A stretch of 64,000 nt of DNA from Parcubacteria group bacterium (GCA_041661275.1 JBAZUU010000004.1:7480-71479), one strand, 5' to 3'; positions 29,009-39,842 are shown, counted from the first letter of the stretch. Notes: generated from the letters alone by a model not told the origin. Made by a program: numbers and translations.

Positions 29009-29176
29009 TTATTTCGACATCGTTTTCAGGCATTTGGTGCAGACTTTCTTCCGAACCCCGCCAATTTTTTTGCTTTGAAGATTGATAGCAAATTTTCGAA
29101 GAGTCTTGACATTGGAATGGCTGACTTGGTTTCCAGTTTGACTTCCTCTACCGCAGATATCACATACTCGACTCAT
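29009..29176 (-). CDS. rpmB: 50S ribosomal protein bL28
   Basis: [24 protein letters not shown]. Confidence 0.95.
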   Translation of the reverse strand: MSRVCDICGRGSQTGNQVSHSNVKTLRKFAINLQSKKIGGVRKKVCTKCLKTMSK

Positions 29177-29180
29177 GATC

Positions 29181-29256
29181 GTAAAACGCATAACGCATAA
29201 CGCATAACGTAAAAAGCAATAATTTGCGTTCCACGCTCCATGTTCTACGCTTCGCG
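29181..29256. repeat. CATAACG-type heptamer tandem/inverted element
   Basis: Similar elements at 39762 and 62377. Confidence 0.75.
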
Positions 29257-29327
29257 ACTAGTTGATTTATTACAAAATTTAGATTATCATAGTAAATGTT
29301 ATTTAGCAAGCCATTTGGCAGAAAACT

Positions 29328-30044
29328 ATGTCTAACGAAATCGTTTTAATTGCCTTTTATGTCATCATCCTTCTTTACTCGGTCATTTTGCACGAGGTTT
29401 TTCATGGTATTGTGGCGCTTTGGCTAGGCGATGTGACGGCTAAGTATGCCGGACGAATTTCAGCCAATCCTTTCAAACACATCGATCCTATGATGACCAT
29501 TCTCATGCCGATATTACTCCTTATTCTGACGGCTGGACATTTTGCTTTTGGTGGAGCGAAACCTGTCCCGTATAATCCATACAATCTAAGAAATCAAAAA
29601 TGGGGACCAGCTATGGTCGCCTTGGGCGGGCCGTTGTCCAATATCGTTATTGCTCTAGTCGCGGCAATAGTTGCTAAACTTATAGCCATCCCCGCTATGC
29701 TAAAGGTATCTATAATAAACGATTTTGGGGTTTTATATGGAAGCAGTCCTAATTGGACATCTCTCGCTCAATATATGCATGATTCATTGGGAGCAATATT
29801 TTTTGTTCTTCTCGTTATGATAATCATTTGGAATGTCCTTTTGGCGTTTTTCAATCTGATTCCCATTCCGCCACTAGATGGATCCAAAATCTTGTATGGT
29901 ATTTTTTCCATAAAAGTAGAGACTATGGCATTTCTGGAACAATTTGGCTTCATTTTTTTGATAGCGATCATATTTATTTTTGGCGGACTACTGAATCTAT
30001 TTTTGGTGTTCTTTTGGAATATCTTTTTAAGCATTGCCATATAG
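29328..30044 (+). CDS. Site-2 protease (peptidase M50)
   Basis: HEVFH, GGPLSN, FNLIPIPPLDG. Confidence 0.9.
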   Translation: MSNEIVLIAFYVIILLYSVILHEVFHGIVALWLGDVTAKYAGRISANPFKHIDPMMTILMPILLLILTAGHFAFGGAKPVPYNPYNLRNQKWGPAMVALGGPLSNIVIALVAAIVAKLIAIPAMLKVSIINDFGVLYGSSPNWTSLAQYMHDSLGAIFFVLLVMIIIWNVLLAFFNLIPIPPLDGSKILYGIFSIKVETMAFLEQFGFIFLIAIIFIFGGLLNLFLVFFWNIFLSIAI

Positions 30045-30140
30045 CCATTAGTTGACAGGTATGAATATATCATTTATGATTATTCTGCTAGCCTCTGGGC
30101 GTGCTTTTTTATTAATGTTTGTAAATTAGAATAATATAAT

Positions 30141-30560
30141 ATGCCGACAATAAATCAGTTGAAAAGAAAAGCTCGGAAATCAGTGAAGAGTAAGAGTAAA
30201 ACTCCGGCTTTTAAGCATGTTTTCAATACTCTAAAAAATCGTCCAGTAGATGACAACAGCCCGTTCAAGCGCGGGGTTTGTGTCAAAGTTTCCACTACTA
30301 CTCCCAAAAAACCAAACTCGGCTCTCCGAAAGATCGCAAGAGTCCGCCTCACCAATGGAATGGAAGTCACTGCTTACATTCCTGGCATCGGACACAACCT
30401 CCAAGAACACTCAATTGTCATTATCCGCGGCGGAAGAGTAAAAGACCTTCCGGGCGTTAGATATCATATTGTTCGGGGAGTTCTCGATGCTTCCGGAGTT
30501 TCCAACAGAAAAAGAGGACGAAGTAAATATGGAGCTAAAAAGGAAAAATCTAAAGAATAA
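30141..30560 (+). CDS. rpsL: 30S ribosomal protein uS12
   Basis: [19 protein letters not shown]. Confidence 0.99.
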   Translation: MPTINQLKRKARKSVKSKSKTPAFKHVFNTLKNRPVDDNSPFKRGVCVKVSTTTPKKPNSALRKIARVRLTNGMEVTAYIPGIGHNLQEHSIVIIRGGRVKDLPGVRYHIVRGVLDASGVSNRKRGRSKYGAKKEKSKE

Positions 30561-30566
30561 TTGTAG

Positions 30567-30679
30567 TCTCTACGAATTACGAATTGGTACGAATGTAACG
30601 AAATACGAATAATCGTTAATAAGGACAATTTAAAAAATCAATCGTTCGTACATTCGTAAAGGTTCGTATTTCGTAGAGA
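30567..30679. repeat. TACGAA-type palindromic element
   Basis: Arms nearly identical to 43630-43742. Confidence 0.85.
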
Positions 30680-30695
30680 AATAATTTAAACAAAC

Positions 30696-31163
30696 ATGGC
30701 AAGACGTAAACGAATATTTGAAAAGCACGTAAAACCCGACACCAGGTACGGCAATCTTTTGGTTGGGAAGTTTATCAATAACATAATGAAGGATGGGAAG
30801 AGAACTACGGCAGAAATGATTGTTTATGGATCTTTTGATGAAATCCACAAGCGTACTAAGCGTGGAGGACTCAATGTCTTTGAGCAAGCTATCAAAAATA
30901 TTTCTCCTCTTGTCGAGCTGAAATCCCGCCGAGTTGGTGGCGCTAACTATCAAATTCCGGTTCCAGTCATCGGGGAGCGAAGAACAACTTTGGCTATTCG
31001 CTGGATAAAAGTGGCCATTTTGGCTAAAAAAGGCAAGGGGATGGCTCAAAAACTGGCCGATGAACTGATCGATGCTTCTAATAAAACCGGAGCTTCTATG
31101 AAGAAGCGAGAAGATGTGCACCGAATGGCAGACGCCAACAAGGCTTTCGCCCATTTTGCATAA
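30696..31163 (+). CDS. rpsG: 30S ribosomal protein uS7
   Basis: SRRVGGANYQIP, MADANKAFAH. Confidence 0.99.
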   Translation: MARRKRIFEKHVKPDTRYGNLLVGKFINNIMKDGKRTTAEMIVYGSFDEIHKRTKRGGLNVFEQAIKNISPLVELKSRRVGGANYQIPVPVIGERRTTLAIRWIKVAILAKKGKGMAQKLADELIDASNKTGASMKKREDVHRMADANKAFAHFA

Positions 31164-31172
31164 AATAAAAAT

Positions 31173-33260
31173 ATGGCTCGCCAATATCCAATTGAAAAGT
31201 ATAGAAATATAGGCATCATTGCTCATATTGACGCCGGGAAGACTACTACTACCGAGCGTGTTTTGTTTTACACCGGAATCACCCATAAGATCGGCGAAGT
31301 GCATGAAGGCGAGGCCGTTATGGACTGGATGGATCAGGAACGTGAGCGTGGGATTACCATCACTTCCGCCGCGACTACTTGTTTTTGGAAAGAACATCAG
31401 ATAAATATCATCGATACTCCAGGTCACGTGGATTTTACCGTGGAAGTGGAACGATCCTTGCGCGTCCTTGATGGCGGTGTAGTAGTTTTTGATGGCAAAG
31501 AAGGCGTGGAGCCGCAGTCGGAAACTGTCTGGCGGCAAGCGGACAAATATAACGTACCAAGAATTTGTTTTATCAATAAAATCGACAAAGAAGGAGCTGA
31601 TTTCTATTACGCCCTGCGTACTATTTGGGACAGACTGACTCCAAACGCTGTGGCCGTGCAAATTCCGATCGGTGAGCGAGGAGAATTTTCTGGAGTTGTT
31701 GATCTCATCAAAATGAAAGCCTATACATTCGACGGAAAGATGGGAGAAATCGTGGTAGAGGGAGAAATTCCAGCCGAACTTCTGGACAAAGCCAAGGAAT
31801 GGCGAGAAAAAATGGTGGAAAAAATTTCTGAAACTGATGACGCTCTAACTGAAAAATATTTGAACGGCGAAGAAATATCAATTGATGAAATCAAGAAAGC
31901 TCTTCGTCAGGCAGTTATTGACGTAAAACTAATCCCAGTCTTTACCGGCACCGCTCTTCGAAATAAGGGTGTGCAATTGGTTTTGGACGCTGCAGTTGAC
32001 TATTTGCCTTCTCCTACGGACGTTCCAGCTATCAAGGGATTTGATGTCGATGACCGCGAAAAAGAAGTAGAAATAAAGCCGATAGACGAAGCGCCTTTTG
32101 CCGCTTTGGCTTTCAAGGTGGCGACCGATCCATTTGTCGGACAACTAACATTTTTTCGAGTATATTCCGGAGTGTTGAAAGCCGGTTCATATATTCTCAA
32201 TTCTTCCAAAGGCGAAAAGGAGCGAGTAGGAAGAATTTTGCAGATGCATTCCAATCACCGTGAAGAAATCACTGAAATTTATTCCGGAGGAATCGGAGCT
32301 CTTGTTGGCATGAAAAATACGACTACGGGTGATACTTTGTGTGATCCTGAAAACCCACTGCTTTTGGAATCAATCACTTTTCCGGAACCAGTTATCCACA
32401 TTGCTATTGAACCAAAAACCAAAGCCGATCAGGAAAAGATGGGGCTGGCTCTTCGAAAACTTTCTGAAGAAGATCCGACTTTTAAAGTCAGGACTGATGA
32501 AGAAACTGGACAAACGATCATTGCCGGAATGGGTGAATTGCATTTAGATATTATTGTCGATCGAATGAAAAGAGAATTCAAGGTGGAAGCCAATATTGGT
32601 CAGCCGCAAGTAGCTTATCGGGAAACAATCAGGACAACTGCGGAAGCGGAAGGGAAATATATTCGTCAGACCGGTGGACATGGACAGTATGGTCATTGTT
32701 GGATCAGGGTAACTCCTCAAGAACCGGGAGCTGGTTTCCTCTTTGAAAATGAAATCAAGGGTGGAGTTATTCCTCAAGAATTTATCGCGCCGATCGGAAA
32801 AGGAGTGAAAGATGCGCTGGATAACGGAGTTTTGGCGGGATATCCGATGGTGGACATCAAAGCGGTCGTTTATGACGGGTCATTCCATGATGTTGACTCA
32901 TCAGAAGCGGCTTTCAAAATTGCCGGCAGTATGGCTTTCAAGGAAGCTGTGAGACGCGCCAAGCCAGTCATTCTTGAACCGATCATGCGCGTGGTTGTGA
33001 CAACTCCTGAAAACTTTATGGGTGATGTTGTTGGCGATTTAAATAGTAAGCGTGGAATAATCAAAGAAATGAACGACCGAGGAGAAGGCAACGCGCGCGT
33101 TAAAGAAATCGAATCAGAAGTGCCGTTGGCCTCGATGTTTGGATACGCCACTGCTCTTCGCTCAATGTCCCAGGGACGCGCCAATTATGTGATGGAGTTT
33201 GACCACTACGCTGAAGTGCCGAAAAACGTGGCGGAAGAGATTATGGGCGGGAAGAAGTAA
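31173..33260 (+). CDS. fusA: Elongation factor G
   Basis: [24 protein letters not shown]. Confidence 0.99.
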   Translation: MARQYPIEKYRNIGIIAHIDAGKTTTTERVLFYTGITHKIGEVHEGEAVMDWMDQERERGITITSAATTCFWKEHQINIIDTPGHVDFTVEVERSLRVLDGGVVVFDGKEGVEPQSETVWRQADKYNVPRICFINKIDKEGADFYYALRTIWDRLTPNAVAVQIPIGERGEFSGVVDLIKMKAYTFDGKMGEIVVEGEIPAELLDKAKEWREKMVEKISETDDALTEKYLNGEEISIDEIKKALRQAVIDVKLIPVFTGTALRNKGVQLVLDAAVDYLPSPTDVPAIKGFDVDDREKEVEIKPIDEAPFAALAFKVATDPFVGQLTFFRVYSGVLKAGSYILNSSKGEKERVGRILQMHSNHREEITEIYSGGIGALVGMKNTTTGDTLCDPENPLLLESITFPEPVIHIAIEPKTKADQEKMGLALRKLSEEDPTFKVRTDEETGQTIIAGMGELHLDIIVDRMKREFKVEANIGQPQVAYRETIRTTAEAEGKYIRQTGGHGQYGHCWIRVTPQEPGAGFLFENEIKGGVIPQEFIAPIGKGVKDALDNGVLAGYPMVDIKAVVYDGSFHDVDSSEAAFKIAGSMAFKEAVRRAKPVILEPIMRVVVTTPENFMGDVVGDLNSKRGIIKEMNDRGEGNARVKEIESEVPLASMFGYATALRSMSQGRANYVMEFDHYAEVPKNVAEEIMGGKK

Positions 33261-33325
33261 TAAGAATCATAAAACTTTCAATAAAAAAACAATCTCGTTT
33301 ATAGAGGTTGTTTTTTTGTCTAAAA

Positions 33326-33700
33326 TTATTTCGCCTCCATATCCGTTTGCATGATCGACATCAGTTCGCCCTCGGAATCTTTGAAAGCGGCAAACCAGCC
33401 GACTTTCGGGATGGCGGTTTTTTCCATGGTGATCTCTCCGCCGTTTTTCTTGATTTTTTCCACATACTCATCAATGTCGGGAACATCGATAGTCAGGACG
33501 TTTCGCGGCATATCGCTTTTTTTGCTCATTCCGCCGTTTATTCCCGGTTTCTTGTCATCTCCAGTCATCACCATCCAATATTCCATCTGACTCGAAGGAT
33601 CTTCCCATTTCTCAAGCTTCCAACCGAAGGTGTCGGAATAAAATTTAGACATCCGCTCCGGATCTTGGGCATATAAGTCGAAGTGCACTACTCGTGGCAT
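33326..33700 (-). CDS. VOC/glyoxalase family protein
   Basis: VVHFDL, FYSDTFGW, GINGG, FKDSEG; start moved to ATG 33700. Confidence 0.85.
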   Translation of the reverse strand: MPRVVHFDLYAQDPERMSKFYSDTFGWKLEKWEDPSSQMEYWMVMTGDDKKPGINGGMSKKSDMPRNVLTIDVPDIDEYVEKIKKNGGEITMEKTAIPKVGWFAAFKDSEGELMSIMQTDMEAK

Positions 33701-33791
33701 AGGTTTGTTTTTAATGGTTACACTTATACTACCAATTGTACCTGATAATAATTCCATTTACAACCAGCTTGATTTATGAAATGATAAGTTT

Positions 33792-34229
33792 ATGAAAAAG
33801 AAATCTATTGTCGTAGTTTTGGGAATAATTGAAAATGAAAAAGGGGAGGTTCTTCTTTCTCTTCGCAATGATCCGAAATTCGTCGGCGCCCATCTCAAAT
33901 GGGATTTTGTCGGCGGGAAAGTGGAGATGGGCGAATCTCTGGAAGAGGCGCTTTTGCGAGAAGCCAAAGAAGAATCTGGCTTCAAGGTAAAAATCAAAAA
34001 GATGCTTCCACATTGCATTCGAAAAAACTGGAAGCTTCCAAATCATTTTCTACACGTTCTTGTTTTTTGTTATGTTACGAAGAAACTGTCTGGAAGATTA
34101 TGCTCAAAAGACGCTAAAATTGATGGACTGAAATGGGTAAAACCAAAAGACGCACTGAAAATGGATCTTATCTTTTCGGCTCGCATTTTTCTTAAGCTTT
34201 ATCTGCAGGAAAAGGCCAGAATGAAATAA
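33792..34229 (+). CDS. NUDIX hydrolase
   Basis: GGKVEMGESLEEALLREAKEESG. Confidence 0.9.
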   Translation: MKKKSIVVVLGIIENEKGEVLLSLRNDPKFVGAHLKWDFVGGKVEMGESLEEALLREAKEESGFKVKIKKMLPHCIRKNWKLPNHFLHVLVFCYVTKKLSGRLCSKDAKIDGLKWVKPKDALKMDLIFSARIFLKLYLQEKARMK

Positions 34230-34232
34230 AAA

Positions 34233-34401
34233 GGGGCATTAATTGTAGTAATGTCTGCAAAAGCCTTCCTAATCTGGTGGTATCTGGGTAGCGTAAAAGT
34301 TATTCAGGTATCAATGTAAAGCTCTTCACTTATGCAATTAAAGATTAGTATAGTGAAGAGAAAAATAACCACAGCAGCTATAAGTTGGTGTGGGGTTTTT
34401 T
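34233..34401 (+). ncRNA. Candidate structured RNA (four consecutive hairpins)
   Basis: Stems rely on G-U pairs only on the plus strand; ends in hairpin plus U run. Confidence 0.35.
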
Positions 34402-34476
34402 AATTATGGGAACGATTTTGGAAATGAAAAAGACTCCAGCTGGAGTCTTTTCGGGTGGTCGTGGCCAAGTCGACTT

Positions 34477-34668
34477 TTAAGGAATGGTTTGTCCTTTGGG
34501 CAATGGGGGATATGGTCCGCCAAGAACATAATCTTCGGGAAAACTTCTCTTCATTTCGTCTCCCTCCCTTTGAGCGTCAAGAACTGACTGTACCTCCGCT
34601 TCGGTAGGAACAAACCAATCTGGTGCGGCTTTTGCCCTCGAATCTTTTCTCTCATTGTCGTACGGCAT
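34477..34668 (-). CDS. Small hypothetical protein
   Basis: Strong SD AAGGAGG; palindromic terminator at 34427-34450. Confidence 0.55.
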   Translation of the reverse strand: MPYDNERKDSRAKAAPDWFVPTEAEVQSVLDAQREGDEMKRSFPEDYVLGGPYPPLPKGQTIP

Positions 34669-34835
34669 AATCCCTCCTTCGCACTTTGCGCGTAAGTTTA
34701 AGATGGTGTACTGATTAAATTAGAGCAGCTTGTGATTTTTATGTCAAATTTGTAAAATTTGTAATAAATATTGACATAATAATTATGTTAAGTTAATATT
34801 CTTCTATAAGTAAAAAGAAATTTACTTTTACGATT

Positions 34836-35114
34836 ATGTTAGATAAAAAGTTGAAAGAAGCACTGGATCTTTTGGGCGGAAAAGCCATTTTGAAGGATCA
34901 GGATCAGTACTATGTGCTTTTGTCCCTTAGGGAATTCAAGAAGATCAGGCAAGATGGCATATCGGGCTTGACAAAGCAAGAGTTAGTTGATAAGATAAAC
35001 AACGATATCGCTTCCTGGAAATTTGCCCAAGAAGACGACAAAATTGATGAAATGGTGCTGGGCGAAATTGCTGACATCAAGGATGAAGAGATAATCTACG
35101 AGAAAACAGTATAA
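34836..35114 (+). CDS. Hypothetical protein (weak Phd/YefM-like N-terminus)
   Basis: ORF with TTGACA promoter overlapped by a palindrome at 34771-34791. Confidence 0.55.
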   Translation: MLDKKLKEALDLLGGKAILKDQDQYYVLLSLREFKKIRQDGISGLTKQELVDKINNDIASWKFAQEDDKIDEMVLGEIADIKDEEIIYEKTV

Positions 35115-35263
35115 ATCCTTGCCAAGATTCAATATTTAGTCTACACTTAATTTTGTGGATATAATAAAATTTAATAATAAAATTCGTAAATCTTACGAAG
35201 CCGGTCTTTAATTCCGGCGTAAAATTCGCCTCTTCGGCGAACCGTAGGTTACGCCAAAAAACT

Positions 35264-36457
35264 ATGGCAGCAGAAAAATTCGAAAGAACTAAACCCCATG
35301 TCAATGTCGGCACAATCGGCCATGTTGACCATGGAAAAACCACTCTAACAGCGGCTATTCTTCATGTCTTGAGTTTCAAGGGCATGGCAAAGCCCAAGGG
35401 AGTGGATGAGATCGACAAGGCTCCTGAAGAAAGAGAGCGCGGAATCACCATTGCCACCGCTCACTGCGAATATGAATCCGACAAGCGTCACTATGCGCAC
35501 GTAGACTGCCCGGGACACGCTGACTACATCAAAAATATGATTACTGGAGCGGCTCAAATGGACGGCGCTATCCTTGTAGTTGCTGCTACTGACGGTCCTA
35601 TGCCTCAGACTCGAGAACACATCTTGCTGGCTTATCAGGTAGGTGTTCCGGAAATTGTAGTGTTTTTGAACAAAGTTGATATGGTTGATGATCCGGAGCT
35701 GATTGATTTGGTGGAAGCGGAAGTGCGAGAACTTTTGACTAAATACAACTTCGATGGTGAAAACGCCAAAATTATCCGCGGGTCAGCCTTGAAAGCTTTG
35801 AATTCCAAGAGCGCTGACGATCCTGATGCCAAACCGATTTTTGATCTGATGGCGGCACTCGATGAAAAAATCCCTGAACCGGTTCGCGATACTGACAAGC
35901 CATACCTGATGCCGATTGAAGATATTTTCTCCATTGAAGGTCGTGGAACAGTAGTAACCGGAAGAATCGAAAGAGGAACAGTGAACGTCAACGAAGAAGT
36001 GGAAATTGTTGGGCTGAAACCAACAACCAAAACTACTGTTACCGGAATCGAAATGTTCAATAAAACCCTGGACAAGGGAACAGCCGGAGATAACGCAGGG
36101 GTTCTTCTTCGAGGAACTAAAAAAGAAGATGTGGAAAGAGGACAAGTTTTGGCAAAACCCGGTTCTATCACTCCTCATACTGAATTTGAAGCAGAAGTAT
36201 ATATCCTGACCAAAGAAGAAGGTGGACGACACACTCCATTTTTCAAGGGATATAAGCCGCAATTCTATGTTCGAACGACCGATGTTACAGGAGAAGTGAT
36301 GCTTCCGGAAGGAACTGAAATGGTTATGCCTGGAGACACTGTGAATTTCAAAGTGGTTCTTGGAGCGCCAGTGGCTATGGAAGAAGGAATGAGATTTGCT
36401 ATCCGCGAAGGTGGAAAGACTGTCGGCGCCGGAGTGGTAACCAAGATTGTAAAATAA
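35264..36457 (+). CDS. tuf: Elongation factor Tu
   Basis: [21 protein letters not shown]. Confidence 0.99.
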   Translation: MAAEKFERTKPHVNVGTIGHVDHGKTTLTAAILHVLSFKGMAKPKGVDEIDKAPEERERGITIATAHCEYESDKRHYAHVDCPGHADYIKNMITGAAQMDGAILVVAATDGPMPQTREHILLAYQVGVPEIVVFLNKVDMVDDPELIDLVEAEVRELLTKYNFDGENAKIIRGSALKALNSKSADDPDAKPIFDLMAALDEKIPEPVRDTDKPYLMPIEDIFSIEGRGTVVTGRIERGTVNVNEEVEIVGLKPTTKTTVTGIEMFNKTLDKGTAGDNAGVLLRGTKKEDVERGQVLAKPGSITPHTEFEAEVYILTKEEGGRHTPFFKGYKPQFYVRTTDVTGEVMLPEGTEMVMPGDTVNFKVVLGAPVAMEEGMRFAIREGGKTVGAGVVTKIVK

Positions 36458-36528
36458 GTTTATTCTTAGCCCTGTCGCTCGCGAGCGACAGGATTTTAGA
36501 GTAAAGTTAGGTTATATTAAAAATTAGA

Positions 36529-36858
36529 ATGGCTATCAAAAAGGAAGAAGAAGTAAAACCGAGAATTCGGATCAAAATCAAGGCGTACGACCATAAGATC
36601 ATTGACCAATCAGCCAGACAGATTGTGGAGAATGCCGAGCGAACTGGGGCCAGTGTTACTGGGCCGGTTCCTTTGCCTACCGAGATCAGAAAAGTGACGG
36701 TCAACAAATCAACTTTCGTGCATAAAGATGCGCGGGAGCAATACGAGATGAGAATTCACAAGAGATTGATAGATATAACTAGCCCTACTCCAAAAACAAT
36801 TGACAATCTGACCAATCTAGATCTTCCGGCCGGAGTGGATGTGGAAATAAAAATGTAG
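36529..36858 (+). CDS. rpsJ: 30S ribosomal protein uS10
   Basis: [26 protein letters not shown]. Confidence 0.98.
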   Translation: MAIKKEEEVKPRIRIKIKAYDHKIIDQSARQIVENAERTGASVTGPVPLPTEIRKVTVNKSTFVHKDAREQYEMRIHKRLIDITSPTPKTIDNLTNLDLPAGVDVEIKM

Positions 36859-36993
36859 GTTACGAAATACGAAATCTGGTTTAAGTCCAAAGATTAAAAT
36901 CGGAGGATACTAAGCTGGCAATAAGTAATCGGGTAATCATAAGCCCGGATATAATTGCGAGGCTTATGGATATCCGTTTTTTATTTTACTAAA

Positions 36994-37551
36994 ATGACCA
37001 AGTTTATATTAGGAAAAAAACTAGGAATGACAACGATTTTTACGGATCAGGGAGCGCAAAATGTGACTCTCGTTCTATGTTTGCCTAACAAAATTTCCAA
37101 GACGAGAACAGTGGAAAAAGACGGATACAGCGCAACGCAGGTGGAAATCCAGAAAACTAAAAATAAAGTTTTCACAAAGGAATTCCGAACAGAGGAAAAA
37201 ACTGAAGAGGAAATAAAAGTTGATGTGTCTGCTTTTGAAATAGGTGATATGGTGAAAGTCAGCGGAATAACCAAAGCCAAGGGCTTCCAAGGAGTCGTTA
37301 AGAGACATGGGTTCAAGGGTTCTCCAACATCGCACGGACACAAGCATGATGTGCGTGCCCCGGGCTCTATCGGTTCCGGGTTTCCCGAGCATGTGGTAAA
37401 AGGAAAAAGAATGGCCGGCCGAATGGGAGGAGAAAGGGCGACTACAAAGAATATTAAGATTGTTTTTATAGATAAAGAAAAAAATATGCTTGGGATCAAA
37501 GGCCCAGTGCCTGGCATTCCGGGGAATATTGTGGAGATTAGAAGTGTTTAG
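36994..37551 (+). CDS. rplC: 50S ribosomal protein uL3
   Basis: GKKLGMT, KGFQGVVKRH, MAGRMG. Confidence 0.97.
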   Translation: MTKFILGKKLGMTTIFTDQGAQNVTLVLCLPNKISKTRTVEKDGYSATQVEIQKTKNKVFTKEFRTEEKTEEEIKVDVSAFEIGDMVKVSGITKAKGFQGVVKRHGFKGSPTSHGHKHDVRAPGSIGSGFPEHVVKGKRMAGRMGGERATTKNIKIVFIDKEKNMLGIKGPVPGIPGNIVEIRSV

Positions 37552-37576
37552 CTCGGATACTTTTTATTTTTTGATT

Positions 37577-38212
37577 ATGAAAATCAAAGTATATAATTTA
37601 CAAGGAAAACCGGTTAAAGATATTGAATTATCCGATTCTGTTTTTGGATTGCCTCTTAATGCCGATCTGGTGCATCAGGTAGCGATGGCTATAACCGGAA
37701 ATATGCGACAAGTATTGGCGCACACCAAAAACAGAGGAGACCGAGCAGGAAGCGGAAAAAAACCCTGGAAACAGAAGGGAACGGGACGAGCGAGAGTCGG
37801 ATCAGTCAGAACTCCAGTTTGGCGAAAGGGAGGCGTGGCCTTCGGTCCAAGGTCGGATCGAAACTTCAAAAAGAAAGTGAATAGAAAAATGAATGCCAAA
37901 GCGATTGCTATGGTAATGTCTGGAAAAGTGAAAGATAAAGAATTGATTGTTGTTGATGATTTGGAAATGAATGAAAAAAAGACAAAAGAGATGGCTAAGG
38001 CTCTTATAAATTTGAAAATCAAGGGCAGAACACTTATGGCATATTCCGAAAAAGAAAAAGGCATGAGACTAGCCAGTAAAAATATCAAGAAAGTGGAAAA
38101 TACTCTAACCGCGCAACTCAATGTTCTCGATATGTTAAATAATAAATATCTGGTAATGAGTGTTGAATCTGTAAAATATTTAGAAGGAAAATATGGCAAA
38201 GGAAGTAAATAA
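37577..38212 (+). CDS. rplD: 50S ribosomal protein uL4
   Basis: KKPWKQKGTGRAR, GGVAFGP. Confidence 0.97.
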   Translation: MKIKVYNLQGKPVKDIELSDSVFGLPLNADLVHQVAMAITGNMRQVLAHTKNRGDRAGSGKKPWKQKGTGRARVGSVRTPVWRKGGVAFGPRSDRNFKKKVNRKMNAKAIAMVMSGKVKDKELIVVDDLEMNEKKTKEMAKALINLKIKGRTLMAYSEKEKGMRLASKNIKKVENTLTAQLNVLDMLNNKYLVMSVESVKYLEGKYGKGSK

Positions 38213-38504
38213 AACTGAAAAAATCGCATATAGAATCCTGGTCGAACCCTGGATTACTGAAGAAGCTACCAGAATTGGCGAGCTTAATAAATATATTTTC
38301 AAGGTGGCTAAAGGTGCTGATAAGAAAGAGATTAAAAAAGCGATCGAAGAAATATATGGCGTGACAGTTTTGTCAGTAAATACGGTCACTATTCCGGCTA
38401 AAAAAAGAATGCGTGGAGCAAAGGCTGGTTGGAAAACAGGACACAAAAAAGCGATAATCACCGTGAAAGAGGGAGATAAGATAGAATTGTTTGAGAACAA
38501 ATGA
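38193..38504 (+). CDS. rplW: 50S ribosomal protein uL23
   Basis: PWITEE, KKAIITV; operon position. Confidence 0.95.
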   Translation: MAKEVNKTEKIAYRILVEPWITEEATRIGELNKYIFKVAKGADKKEIKKAIEEIYGVTVLSVNTVTIPAKKRMRGAKAGWKTGHKKAIITVKEGDKIELFENK

Positions 38505-38511
38505 CGCGTAG

Positions 38512-38562
38512 CGTCATCCTGAGCGGAGTCCTGCTGAAAAGCAGGACGAAGTCGAAGGATCT
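38512..38562 (+). repeat. REP-like GTCATCCTGAGCG...GAAGTCGAAGGATCT single unit
   Basis: Near-identical copy at 42043-42093. Confidence 0.85.
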
Positions 38563-38578
38563 AGTATAGGAAAATATT

Positions 38579-39412
38579 ATGGCAATTAAAGTATACAAAA
38601 GAAATACAGCCGGAAGACGCAATATGTCAGTTGTGAAAGTTGATTATGTGACGAAAGGCAAGCCGGAGAAATCACTTTTGGCTAAGATAAATGAAAAGGC
38701 CGGACGATCTCATGGAACTATTTCCGTCCGTCACCAGGGCGGTGGAGCCAAGAGACGATATCGAATGGTTGATTTCATGCAGGATAAGCTTGGTGTTCCG
38801 GGGAAGGTGGCGGCTATCGAAAAAGATCCGAACCGCAGCGGATTTATCGCTCTAGTGCATTACAAAGACGGAGAAAAAAGATACATTTTGGCTGTTGAAG
38901 GAATGCGAGCTGGACAGGAAATTGTAGCTGACCAAAATGCGCCGATAAAAATTGGAAACAGAGCTAAAGTTAAAAATATTCCAGTGGGAACTATCATTTC
39001 TAATGTCGAACTATTCCCAGGGCGTGGCGGACAAGCGGTGAGAAGCGCAGGATCAGGCGCTATGCTGACAGCAGTAGATGAAAAGATGGCGCAGATAAAA
39101 CTAGCATCAGGTGAAATTAGAATCGTGAGTATTGATTGCTACGCGACCATTGGACAGGTGAGCAATTTTGAACATAGCGCAGAAACTATCGGAAAAGCCG
39201 GAAGAAAAAGACATATGGGTGTGCGACCATCAGTGCGTGGATCAGCAATGAACCCAGTTGACCATCCACATGGCGGAGGTGAAGGAAGGCAAGGAATCGG
39301 CCTCAAGCATCCGAAAACTCCGTGGGGCAAACCGGCATTAGGAAAGAAAACCAGGAAGAAAAAGAAGTATAGTAATAAATTTATAATTAGCCGAAGACAG
39401 AAGAGGAAATAA
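38579..39412 (+). CDS. rplB: 50S ribosomal protein uL2
   Basis: DPNRS, MNPVDHPHGGGEG. Confidence 0.99.
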   Translation: MAIKVYKRNTAGRRNMSVVKVDYVTKGKPEKSLLAKINEKAGRSHGTISVRHQGGGAKRRYRMVDFMQDKLGVPGKVAAIEKDPNRSGFIALVHYKDGEKRYILAVEGMRAGQEIVADQNAPIKIGNRAKVKNIPVGTIISNVELFPGRGGQAVRSAGSGAMLTAVDEKMAQIKLASGEIRIVSIDCYATIGQVSNFEHSAETIGKAGRKRHMGVRPSVRGSAMNPVDHPHGGGEGRQGIGLKHPKTPWGKPALGKKTRKKKKYSNKFIISRRQKRK

Positions 39413-39421
39413 TTTAAGTAT

Positions 39422-39760
39422 ATGACAAGAAGTTTGAAAAAAGGGCCATATATAGATGAAAGGCTCATCAAAAAAGTTAAGGATAAAAAGCCTGGAGATC
39501 GTACACCGATCAAGACTTGGGCGAGGGCGGCTGTCATTTCTCCTGAAATGGTAGGACATACCTTTGCTGTGCATAATGGAAAGATTTTTATTCCGGTTCT
39601 CGCGACAGAACAGATGGTGGGGCACAGGTTAGGAGAGTTTTCTGCGACCAGAAAATTTGTCCGGCACGGAGGAAAGATGCAGAAGGAACTGGAAATAGCG
39701 GCTAAGCAAAAAGAGGTGGAAGCGTCGAAAGCGACCAAGGCCGAACCGGCGAAGAAATAA
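39422..39760 (+). CDS. rpsS: 30S ribosomal protein uS19
   Basis: RSLKKGP, VHNGK, GHRLGEF. Confidence 0.98.
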   Translation: MTRSLKKGPYIDERLIKKVKDKKPGDRTPIKTWARAAVISPEMVGHTFAVHNGKIFIPVLATEQMVGHRLGEFSATRKFVRHGGKMQKELEIAAKQKEVEASKATKAEPAKK

Positions 39761-39761
39761 A

Positions 39762-39838
39762 TCGCATAACACATAACACATAACACATAACATCGGATTC
39801 GTATTTTGTTCCATGTTACGTGCTACGGGTTACGTGAT
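39762..39838. repeat. CATAACA heptamer tandem/inverted element
   Basis: Four tandem heptamers then an opposing arm. Confidence 0.75.
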
Positions 39839-39842
39839 GAAT

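Noticed and set aside
30630-31661. Long antisense ORFs (also 22934..23542, 39139..39786, 62224..62982, 28937..29200)
   Set aside because: Shadows of conserved genes on the opposite strand, with no motifs
35183-35255. tRNA upstream of tuf
   Set aside because: Hairpins do not form a cloverleaf; no T-loop consensus
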